DNA of 64,000 nt from Utricularia gibba (Eukaryota > Plantae > Magnoliophyta), in the NCBI GenBank assembly GCA_002189035.1, contig NEEC01000111.1:1-64000 (forward strand), written 5' to 3'. Within the stretch, counting starts at the first letter, position 1, and every line of letters begins with the position of its first letter. Position numbers and translations under genes: made by a program. Below, piece by piece: positions 51,201-63,200 of this stretch. The notes beneath the pieces are model-generated. The model saw only the letters and a program-made list of their open reading frames with translations, did not search any database and had not been told where the DNA came from.

Positions 51201-54200
51201 CTCGAGCATCTTGAGGGGAACCCACCCCTACTCGCCCCGATGGAGGTGCTGCCTCCACGCCATGCCCACGGAGCCGGCGCCGCACGCCTGGGGCACACCG
51301 CCCCCGAGGGTGGGCCGGGTGCCTCTCGAGACACCTCCCCCCTCAAGAAGGGAGAACATGCCAAAACCCAGGTGGCGGCACTGGACATCCAAATGTTGAA
51401 AAAAGCGTGGCTTTTTTCGGTGGGCCACAAGGCGCCCCGAGGGTGGGCCCAGTGCCTCCAGAGACACCTCCCCCCTCAAGAAGGGAGATCATGCCAAAAG
51501 GGAGTGGCGGCACTGGACATCCAAATGCCCAAAAAAGCATGACTTTTCTCGAAAGGCCATTCTGGACGAGCCATCGCCTAGCATGCTCGAGCGCGGCGTG
51601 CGTCCCGCGCGAGGCCATGCCCGCCCATGTCCGAGCATGGCCGCGGGCGGCGTCCCGCGGGAGACATTCCCCGCCCATGTCCGAGCATGGCGTGCAAGCG
51701 GGCGTCCCTTGTGAGTCATTCCCCGCGCATGCTCGAGCATGGCGTGCGGGCGGGCGTCCCGCGCGAGGCCATCCCCGCGCATGTTCGATCATGGCGGCGG
51801 GGGCGTCCCGCGCGAGGCCATGCCCGCCCATGTCCGAGCATGGCGTGCGGCGGGCGTCCCGTGGGAGTCATTCCCCGCGCATGCTCGAGCATGGCGCGCG
51901 GGCGGCCGTCCCGCGCGAGACATTCCCGCGCATGCTCGAGCAACGGCGGGCGTCCATGGCGAGTCACCGCCCCACGCATGGCGTGCGGACGCCCGTCCCG
52001 CGCGAGACATCGAACGTGCTTGCTCGAGCATCTTGAGGGGGAACCCACCCCTACTCGCCCCGATGGAGGTGCTGCCTCCACGCCATGCCCACGAGCCGGC
52101 GCCGCACGCCTGGGCACACCGCCCCCCGAGGGTGGGCCGGGTGCCTCTCGAGACACCTCCCCCCTCAAGAAGGGAGAACATGCCAAAACCCAGGTGGCGG
52201 CACTGGACATCCAAATGTTGAAAAAAGCGTGGCTTTTTTCGGTGGGCCACAAGGCGCCCCGAGGGTGGGCCCAGTGCCTCCAGAGACACCTCCCCCCTCA
52301 AGAAGGGAGATCATGCCAAAGGGAGGTGGCGGCACTGGACATCCAAATGTCAAAAAACATGACTTTTCTCGAAAGGCCATTCTGGACGAGCCATCGCCTA
52401 GCCCCGCGCATGCTCGAGCATGGCGTGCGGGCGGGCGTCCCGCGCGAGGCCATCCCCGCGCATGTTCGATCATGCGTGCGGGGGGCGTGCCATGCCCCCC
52501 ATGTCCGAGCATGGCGCGCGCGGGCGTCCCGCGCGAGACATTCCCGCCCATGTCCGAGCATGGCGTGCGGGCGGGCGTCCCGCGCGAGACATTCCCCGCG
52601 CATGCTCGAGCATGGCGCGCGGGGCCGTCCCGCGCGAGACATTCCCCGCGCATGGCGTGCGGACGCCCGTCCCGCGCGAGACATCGAACGTGCTTGCTCG
52701 AGCATCTTGAGGGGAACCCACCCCTACTCGCCCCGATGGAGGTGCTGCCTCCACGCCATGCCCACGGAGCCGGCGCCGCACGCCTGGGGCACACCGCCCC
52801 CGAGGGTGGGCCGGGTGCCTCTCGAGACACCTCCCCCCTCAAGAAGGGAGAACATGCCAAAACCCAGGTGGCGGCACTGGACATCCAAATGTTGAAAAAA
52901 GCGTGGCTTTTTTCGGTGGGCCACAAGGCGCCCCGAGGGTGGCCCAGTGCCTCCAGAGACACCTCCCCCTCAAGAAGGGAGATCATGCCAAAAGGGAGGT
53001 GGCGGCACTGGACATCCAAATGCCCAAAAAAGCATGACTTTTCTCGAAAGGCCATTCTGGACGAGCCATCGCCTAGCATGCTCGAGCGCGGCGTGCGTCC
53101 CGCGCGAGGCCATGCCCGCCCATGTCCGAGCATGGCGCGCGGCGGGCGTCCGCGGGAGACATTCCCCGCCCATGTCCGAGCATGGCGTGCAAGCGGGCGT
53201 CCCTTGTGAGTCATTCCCCGCGCATGCTCGAGCATGGCGTGCGGGCGGCGTCCCGCGCGAGGCCATCCGCGCATGTTCGATCATGGCGTGCGGGGGCGTC
53301 CCGCGCGAGGCCATGCCCGCCCATGTCCGGCCCGGGCGGGCGTCCCGTGGGAGTGCCTCCAGAGACACCTCCCCCCTCAAGAAGGGAGATCATGCCAAAA
53401 GGGAGGTGGCGGCACTGGACATCCAAATGCCCAAAAAAGCATGACTTTTCTCGAAAGGCCATTCTGGACGAGCCATCGCCTAGCATGCTCGAGCGCGGCG
53501 TGCGTCCCGCGCGAGGCCATGCCCGCCCATGTCCGAGCATGGCGCGCGGGCGGCGTCCCGCGGGAGACATTCCCCGCCCATGTCCGAGCATGGCGTGCAA
53601 GCGGGCGTCCCTTGTGAGTCATTCCCGCGCATGCTCGAGCATGGCGTGCGGGCGGGCGTCCCGCGCGAGGCCATCCCCGCGCATGTTCGATCATGGCGTG
53701 CGGGGGGCGTCCCGCGCGAGGGTGGGCCATGCCTCCCCGCCCATGTCCGAGCATGGCGGACGAGCCATCGCGGGCGGGCGTCCCGAGGCCATGCATTCCC
53801 CGCGCGGCGGCGTCCCGCGGGATGCCCATCGAGCATGGCGCGCGGGCGTCCCCGCGCGAGACATTCCCCGCGCATGCTCGAGCATGGCGTGCGGGCGGGC
53901 GTCCCGAGGCGCATGCGGGCGGCGTCCATGGCGAGTCACCGCCCACGCATGGCGTGCGGACGCCCGTCCCGCGCGAGACATCGAACGTGCTTGCTCGAGC
54001 ATCTTGAGGGGAACCCACCCCTACTCGCCCCGATGGAGGTGCTGCCTCCACGCCATGCCCACGGAGCCGGCGCCGCACGCCTGGGGCACACCGCCCCCCG
54101 AGGGTGGGCCGGGTGCCTCTCGAGACACCTCCCCCCTCAAGAAGGGAGAACATGCCAAAACCCAGGTGGCGGCACTGGACATCCAAATGTTGAAAAAAGC

Positions 54201-57200
54201 GTGGCTTTTTTCGGTGGGCCACAAGGCGCCCCGAGGGTGGGCCCAGTGCCTCCAGAGACACCTCCCCCCTCAAGAAGGGAGATCATGCCAAAAGGGAGGT
54301 GGCGGCACTGGACATCCAAATGCCCAAAAAAGCATGACTTTTCTCGAAAGGCCATTCTGGACGAGCCATCGCCTAGCATGCTCGAGCGCGGCGTGCGTCC
54401 CGCGCGAGGCCATGCCCGCCCATGTCCGAGCATGGCGCGCGGCGGGCGTCCCGCGGGAGACATTCCCCGCCCATGTCCGAGCATGGCGTGCAAGCGGGCG
54501 TCCCTTGTGAGTCATTCCCCGCGCATGCTCGAGCATGGCGTGCGGCGGGCGTCCCGCGCGAGGCCATCCCCGCGCATGTTCGATCATGGCGTGCGGGGGT
54601 CCCGCGCGAGCCATGCCGCCCATGTCCGAGCATGGCCCCGCGCGAGACATTCCCCGCCCATGTCCGAGCATGGCGCGGGCGGGCGTCCCGCGCGAGACAT
54701 TCCCCGCGCATGCTCGAGCACGCGTCCCGCGCGAGACATTCCCCGCGCATGGCGTGCGGACGCCCGTGCGCGAGACATCGAACGTGCTTGCTCGAGCATC
54801 TTGAGGGGGAACCCACCCCTACTCGCCCCGATGGAGGTGCTGCCTCCACGCCATGCCCACGGAGCCGGCGCCGCACGCCTGGGGCACACCGCCCCCCGAG
54901 GGTGGGCCGGGTGCCTCTCGAGACACCTCCCCCTCAAGAAGGGAGAACATGCCAAAACCCAGGTGGCGGCACTGGACATCCAAATGTTGAAAAAAGCGTG
55001 GCTTTTTTCGGTGGGCCACAAGGCGCCCCGAGGGTGGGCCCAGTGCCTCCAGAGACACCTCCCCCCTCAAGAAGGGAGATCATGCCAAAAGGGAGGTGGC
55101 GGCACTGGACATCCAAATGCCCAAAAAAGCATGACTTTTCTCGAAAGGCCATTCTGGACGAGCCATCGCCTAGCATGCTCGAGCGCGGCGTGCGTCCCGC
55201 GCGAGGCCATGCCCGCCCATGTCCGAGCATGGCGCGCGGGCGGGCGTCCCGCGGGAGACATTCCCCGCCCATGTCCGAGCATGGCGTGCAAGCGGGCGTC
55301 CCTTGTGAGTCATTCCCCGCGCATGCTCGAGCATGGCGTGCGGGCGGGCGTCCCGCGCGAGGCCATCCCCGCGCATGTTCGATCATGGCGTGCGGGGGCG
55401 TCCGCGCGAGGCCATGCCCGCCCATGTCCGAGCATGGCGCGCGGGCGGGCGTCCGCGCGAGACATTCCCCGCCCATGTCCGAGCATGGCGTGCGGCGGGC
55501 GTCCCGCGCGAGACATTCCCCGCGCATGCTCGAGCATGGCGCGCGGGCGGCCGTCCCGCGCGAGACATTCCCCGCGCATGGCGTGCGGACGCCCGTCCCG
55601 CGCGAGACATCGAACGTGCTTGCTCGAGCATCTTGAGGGGGAACCCACCCCTACTCGCCCCGATGGAGGTGCTGCCTCCACGCCATGCCCACGGAGCCGG
55701 CGCCGCACGCCTGGGGCACACCGCCCCCGAGGGTGGGCCGGGTGCCTCTCGAGACACCTCCCCCCTCAAGAAGGGAGAACATGCCAAAACCCAGGTGGCG
55801 GCACTGGACATCCAAATGTTGAAAAAAGCGTGGCTTTTTTCGGTGGGCCACAAGGCGCCCCGAGGGTGGGCCCAGTGCCTCCAGAGACACCTCCCCCCTC
55901 AAGAAGGGAGATCATGCCAAAAGGGAGGTGGCGGCACTGGACATCCAAATGCCCAAAAAAGCATGACTTTTCTCGAAAGGCCATTCTGGACGAGCCATCG
56001 CCTAGCATGCTCGAGCGCGGCGTGCGTCCCGCGCGAGGCCATGCCCGCCCATGTCCGAGCATGGCGCGGGCGGGCGTCCCGCGGGAGACATTCCCCGCCC
56101 ATGTCCGAGCATGGCGTGCAAGCGGGCGTCCCTTGTGAGTCATTCCCCGCGCATGCTCGAGCATGGCGTGCGGGCGGGCGTCCCGCGCGAGGCCATCCCC
56201 GCGCATGTTCGATCATGGCGTGCGGGGGGCGTCCCGCGCGAGGCCATGCCCGCCCATGTCCGAGCATGGCGTGCGGGCGGGCGTCCCGGGAGTCATTCCC
56301 CGCGCATGCTCGAGCATGGCGCGCGGGCGGCCGTCCCGCGCGAGACATTCCCCGCGCATGCGCAAGGCGTGCGGGCGGGCGTCCATGGCGAGTCACCGCC
56401 CCACGCATGGCGTGCGGACGCCCGTCCCGCGCGAGACATCGAACGTGCTTGCTCGAGCATCTTGAGGGGGAACCCACCCCTACTCGCCCCGATGGAGGTG
56501 CTGCCTCCACGCCATGCCCACGGAGCCGGCGCCGCACGCCTGGGGCACACCGCCCCCGAGGGTGGGCCGGGTGCCTCTCGAGACACCTCCCCCCTCAAGA
56601 AGGGAGAACATGCCAAAACCCAGGTGGCGGCACTGGACATCCAAATGTTGAAAAAAGCGTGGCTTTTTTCGGTGGGCCACAAGGCGCCCCGAGGGTGGGC
56701 CCAGTGCCTCCAGAGACACCTCCCCCCTCAAGAAGGGAGATCATGCCAAAAGGGAGGTGGCGGCACTGGACATCCAAATGCCCAAAAAAGCATGACTTTT
56801 CTCGAAAGGCCATTCTGGACGAGCCATCGCCTAGCATGCTCGAGCGCGGCGTGCGTCCCGCGCGAGGCCATGCCCGCCCATGTCCGAGCATGGCGCGCGG
56901 GCGGGCGTCCCGCGGGAGACATTCCCCGCCCATGTCCGAGCATGGCGTGCAAGCGGGCGTCCCTTGTGAGTCATTCCCCGCGCATGCTCGAGCATGGCGT
57001 GCGGGCGGGCGTCCCGCGCGAGGCCATCCCCGCGCATGTTCGATCATGGCGTGCGGGGGGCGTCCCGCGCGAGGCCATGCCCGCCCATGTCCGAGCATGG
57101 CGTGCGGGCGGCGTCCCGTGGGAGTCATTCCCCGCGCATGCTCGAGCATGGCGCGCGGCGGCCGTCCCGCGCGAGACATTCCCCGCGCATGCTGAGCAAG

Positions 57201-60200
57201 GCGTGCGGGCGGGCGTCCATGGCGAGTCACCGCCCCACGCATGGCGTGCGGACGCCCGTCCCGCGCGAGACATCGAACGTGCTTGCTCGAGCATCTTGAG
57301 GGGGAACCCACCCCTACTCGCCCCGATGGAGGTGCTGCCTCCACGCCATGCCCACGGAGCCGGCGCCGCACGCCTGGGGCACACCGCCCCCCGAGGGTGG
57401 GCCGGGTGCCTCTCGAGACACCTCCCCCCTCAAGAAGGGAGAACATGCCAAAACCCAGGTGGCGGCACTGGACATCCAAATGTTGAAAAAAGCGTGGCTT
57501 TTTTCGGTGGGCACAAAGGCGCCCCGAGGGTGGGCCCAGTGCCTCCAGAGACACCTCCCCCCTCAAGAAGGGAGATCATGCCAAAAGGGAGGTGGCGGCA
57601 CTGGACATCCAAATGCCCAAAAAAGCATGACTTTTCTCGAAAGGCCATTCTGGACGAGCCATCGCCTAGCATGCTCGAGCGCGGCGTGCGTCCCGCGCGA
57701 GGCCATGCCCGCCCATGTCCGAGCATGGCGCGCGGGGGCGTCCCGCGGGAGACATTCCCCGCCCATGTCCGAGCATGGCGTGCAAGCGGGCGTCCCTTGT
57801 GAGTCATTCCCCGCGCATGCTCGAGCATGGCGTGCGGCGGGCGTCCCGCGCGAGGCCATCCCGCGCATGTTCGATCATGGCGTGCGGGGGCGTCCCGCGC
57901 CATGCCCGCCCATGTCGAGCAGCGTCCCGCGCCATTCCCCGCCCATGTCCGAGCATGGCGCGGGCGGGCGTCCCGCGCGAGACATTCCCCGCGCATGCTC
58001 GAGCATGGGCGCGGGCGCCGTCCGCGCCCCCGCGCATGGCGTGCGGACGCCCGTCCCGCGCGAGACATCGAACGTGCTTGCTCGAGCATCTTGAGGGGAA
58101 CCCACCCCTACTCGCCCCGATGGAGGTGCTGCCTCCACGCCATGCCCACGGAGCCGGCGCCGCACGCCTGGGGCACACCGCCCCCCGAGGGTGGGCCGGG
58201 TGCCTCTCGAGACACCTCCCCCCTCAAGAAGGGAGAACATGCCAAAACCCAGGTGGCGGCACTGGACATCCAAATGTTGAAAAAAGCGTGGCTTTTTTCG
58301 GTGGGCCACAAGGCGCCCCGAGGGTGGGCCCAGTGCCTCCAGAGACACCTCCCCCCTCAGAAGGGAGATCATGCCAAAAGGGAGGTGGCGGCACTGGACA
58401 TCCAAATGCCCAAAAAAGCATGACTTTTCTCGAAAGGCCATTCTGGACGAGCCATCGCCTAGCATGCTCGAGCGCGGCGTGCGTCCCGCGCGAGGCCATG
58501 CCCGCCCATGTCCGAGCATGGCGCGCGGGCGGGCGTCCCGCGGAGACATTCCCCGCCCATGTCCGAGCATGGCGTGCAAGCGGGCGTCCCTTGTGAGTCA
58601 TTCCCCGCGCATGCTCGAGCATGGCGTGCGGGCGGGCGTCCCGCGCAGGCCATCCCCGCGCATGTTCGATCATGGCGTGCGGGGGGCGTCCGCGCGAGGC
58701 CATGCCCGCCCATGTCCGAGCATGGCGCGCGGGCGGCGTCCGCGCGAGACATTCCCCGCCCATGTCCGAGCATGGCGTGCGGGCGGGCGCCGCGCGAGAC
58801 ATTCCCCGCGCATGCTCGAGCATGGCGCGCGGGCGGCCGTCCCCGCGAGACATTCCCGCGCATGGCGTGCGGACGCCCGTCCGCGCGAGACATCGAACGT
58901 GCTTGCTCGAGCATCTTGAGGGGGAACCCACCCCTACTCGCCCCGATGGAGGTGCTGCCTCCACGCCATGCCCACGGAGCCGGCGCCGCACGCCTGGGGC
59001 ACACCGCCCCCGAGGGTGGGCCGGGTGCCTCTCGAGACACCTCCCCCCTCAAGAAGGGAGAACATGCCAAAACCCAGGTGGCGGCACTGGACATCCAAAT
59101 GTTGAAAAAAGCGTGGCTTTTTTCGGTGGGCCACAAGGCGCCCCGAGGGTGGGCCCAGTGCCTCCAGAGACACCTCCCCCCTCAAGAAGGGAGATCATGC
59201 CAAAAGGGAGGTGGCGGCACTGGACATCCAAATGCCCAAAAAAGCATGACTTTTCTCGAAAGGCCATTCTGGACGAGCCATCGCCTAGCATGCTCGAGCG
59301 CGGCGTGCGTCCCGCGCGAGGCCATGCCCGCCCATGTCCGAGCATGGCGCGCGGGCGGGCGTCCCGCGGGAGACATTCCCCGCCCATGTCCGAGCATGGC
59401 GTGCAAGCGGGCGTCCCTTGTGAGTCATTCCCCGCGCATGCTCGAGCATGGCGTGCGGGCGGGCGTCCCGCGCGAGGCCATCCCCGCGCATGTTCGATCA
59501 TGGCGTGCGGGGGGGCGTCCCGCGCGAGGCCATGCCCGCCCATGTCCGAGCATGGCGTGCGGGCGGGCGTCCCGTGGGAGTCATTCCCCGCGCATGCTCG
59601 AGCATGGCGCGCGGGCCGTCCCGCGCGAGACATTCCCCGCGCATGCTGAGCAAGGCGTGCGGGCGGGCGTCCATGGCGAGTCACCGCCCCACGCATGGCG
59701 TGCGGACGCCCGTCCGCGCGAGACATCGAACGTGCTTGCTCGAGCATCTTGAGGGGGAACCCACCCCTACTCGCCCCGATGGAGGTGCTGCCTCCACGCC
59801 ATGCCCACGGAGCCGGCGCCGCACGCCTGGGGCACACCGCCCCCGAGGTGGGCCGGGTGCCTCTCGAGACACCTCCCCCCTCAAGAAGGGAGAACATGCC
59901 AAAACCCAGGTGCGGCACTGGACATCCAAATGTTGAAAAAAGCGTGGCTTTTTTCGGTGGGCCACAAGGCGCCCGAGGGTGGGCCCAGTGCCTCCAGAGA
60001 CACCTCCCCCCTCAAGAAGGGAGATCATGCCAAAAGGGAGGTGCGGCACTGGACATCCAAATGCCCAAAAAAGCATGACTTTTCTCGAAAGGCCATTCTG
60101 GACGAGCCATCGCCTAGCATGCTCGAGCGCGGCGTGCGTCCCGCGCGGCCATGCCCGCCCATGTCCGAGCATGGCGCGCGCGGGCGTCCCGCGGGAGACA

Positions 60201-63200
60201 TTCCCCGCCCATGTCCGAGCATGGCGCAAGCGGGCGTCCCTTGTGAGTCATTCCCCGCGCATGCTCGAGCATGGCGTGCGGCGGGCGTCCCGCGCGAGGC
60301 CATCCCGCGCATGTTCGATCATGGCGTGCGGGGGGCGTCCCGCGCGAGGCCATGCCCGCCCATGTCCGAGCATGGCGTGCGGCGGGCGTCCCGTGGAGTC
60401 ATTCCCCGCGCATGCTCGAGCATGGCGCGCGCGGCGGCCGTCCCGCGCGAGACATTCCCGCGCATGCTGGAGCAAGGCGTGCGGGCGGCGTCCATGGCGA
60501 GTCACCGCCCCACGCATGGCGTGCGGACGCCCGTCCCGCGCGAGACATCGAACGTGCTTGCTCGAGCATCTTGAGGGGAACCCACCCCTACTCCCCGATG
60601 GAGGTGCTGCCTCCACGCCATGCCCACGGAGCCGGCGCCGCACGCCTGGGCACACCGCCCCCCCGAGGGTGGGCCGGGTGCCTCTCGAGACACCTCCCCC
60701 CTCAAGAAGGGAGAACATGCCAAAACCCAGGTGGCGGCACTGGACATCCAAATGTTGAAAAAAGCGTGGCTTTTTTCGGTGGGCCACAAGGCGCCCCGAG
60801 GGTGGGCCCAGTGCCTCCAGAGACACCTCCCCCCTCAAGAAGGGAGATCATGCCAAAAGGAGGTGGCGGCACTGGACATCCAAATGCCCAAAAAAGCATG
60901 ACTTTTCTCGAAAGGCCATTCTGGACGAGCCATCGCCTAGCATGCTCGAGCGCGGCGTGCGTCCCGCGCGAGGCCATGCCCGCCCATGTCCGAGCATGGC
61001 GCGCGGGCGGGCGTCCCGCGGGAGACATTCCCCGCCCATGTCCGAGCATGGCGTGCAAGCGGGCGTCCCTTGTGAGTCATTCCCCGCGCATGCTCGAGCA
61101 TGGCGTGCGGGCGGGCGTCCCGCGCGAGGCCATCCCCGCGCATGTTCGATCATGGCGTGCGGGGGGTCCCGCGCGAGGCCATGCCCGCCCATGTCGAGCA
61201 TGTGCGGGTCATTCCCCGCGCATGCTCGAGCATGGCGCGCGGCGGCCGTCCCGCGCGAGACATTCCCCGCGCATGCGCGGCGTGACATTCCCCGCATGGC
61301 GTGCGGACGCCCGTCCCGCGCGAGACATCGAACGTGCTTGCTCGAGCATCTTGAGGGGAACCCACCCCTACTCGCCCCGATGGAGGTGCTGCCTCCACGC
61401 CATGCCCACGGAGCCGGCGCCGCACGCCTGGGGCACACCGCCCCCCGAGGGTGGGCCGGGTGCCTCTCGAGACACCTCCCCCCTCAAGAAGGGAGAACAT
61501 GCCAAAACCCAGGTGGCGGCACTGGACATCCAAATGTTGAAAAAAGCGTGGCTTTTTTCGGTGGCCACAAGGCGCCCCGAGGGTGGGCCCAGTGCCTCCA
61601 GAGACACCTCCCCCCTCAAGAAGGGAGATCATGCCAAAAGGGAGGTGCGGCACTGGACATCCAAATGCCCAAAAAAGCATGACTTTTCTCGAAAGGCCAT
61701 TCTGGACGAGCCATCGCCTAGCATGCTCGAGCGCGGCGTGCGTCCCCGCGTGCCCTGTGGCATGCCGCGCGGGCGGGCGGGCTTTGGAGGGCGGGTCGGG
61801 CGCCCAAGTCATTCCCCGCGCATGCTCGAGCATGGCGTGCGGGCGGGCGTCCCGCGCGAGGCCATCCCCGCGCATGTTCGATCATGGCGTGCGGGGGGGG
61901 TCCCGCGCGAGGCCATGCCCGCCCATGTCCGAGCATGGCGGGCGTCCCGCGCGAGTCATGTCCCCGCGCATGCTCTCGAGCATGGCGCGCGGGCGGCCGT
62001 CCCGCGCGAGACATTCCCCGCGCATGGCATGCGGAGTCACCGTCCCGCGCGAGACATCGAACGTGCTTGCTCGAGCATCTTGAGGGGGAACCCACCCCTA
62101 CTCGCCCCGATGGAGGTGCTGCCTCCACGCCATGCCCACGGAGCCGGCGCCGCACGCCTGGGGCACACCGCCCCCCGAGGTGGGCCGGGTGCCTCTCGAG
62201 ACACCTCCCCCCTCAAGAAGGAGAACATGCCAAAACCCAGGTGGCGGCACTGGACATCCAAATGTTGAAAAAAGCGTGGCTTTTTTCGGTGGGCCACAAG
62301 GCGCCCCGAGGGTGGCCCAGTGCCTCCAGAGACACCTCCCCCCTCAAGAAGGGAGATCATGCCAAAAGGAGGTGGCGGCACTGGACATCCAAATGCCCAA
62401 AAAAGCATGACTTTTCTCGAAAGGCCATTCTGGACGAGCCATCGCCTAGCATGCTCGAGCGCGGCGTGCGTCCCGCGCGAGGCCATGCCCGCCCATGTCC
62501 GAGCATGGCGCGCGCGGCGCGGCGTCCCGCGGGAGACATTCCCCGCCCATGTCCGAGCATGGCGTGCAAGCGGGCGTCCCTTGTGAGTCATTCCCCGCGC
62601 ATGCTCGAGCATGGCGTGCGGCGGCGTCCCGCGCGAGGCCATCCCGCGCATGTTCGATCATGGCGTGCGGGGCGTCCCGCGCGAGGCCATGCCCGCCCAT
62701 GTCCGAGCATGGCGCGCCCGCGCGAGCCGCGCATGTCCGAGCATGGCGTTCCCGCGCGAGACATTCCCGCGCATGCTCGAGCATGGCGCGCGGCGCGTCC
62801 CGCGCGAGACATTCCCCGCGCATGGCGTGCGGACGCCCGTCCCGCGCGAGACATCGAACGTGCTTGCTCGAGCATCTTGAGGGGAACCCACCCCTACTCG
62901 CCCCGATGGAGGTGCTGCCTCCACGCCATGCCCACGGAGCCGGCGCCGCACGCCTGGGGCACACCGCCCCCCGAGGGTGGGCCGGGTGCCTCTCGAGACA
63001 CCTCCCCCCTCAAGAAGGGAGAACATGCCAAAACCCAGGTGGCGGCACTGGACATCCAAATGTTGAAAAAAGCGTGGCTTTTTTCGGTGGCCACAAGGCG
63101 CCCCGAGGGTGGGCCCAGTGCCTCCAGAGACACCTCCCCCCTCAAGAAGGGAGATCATGCCAAAAGGAGGTGGCGGCACTGGACATCCAAATGCCCAAAA

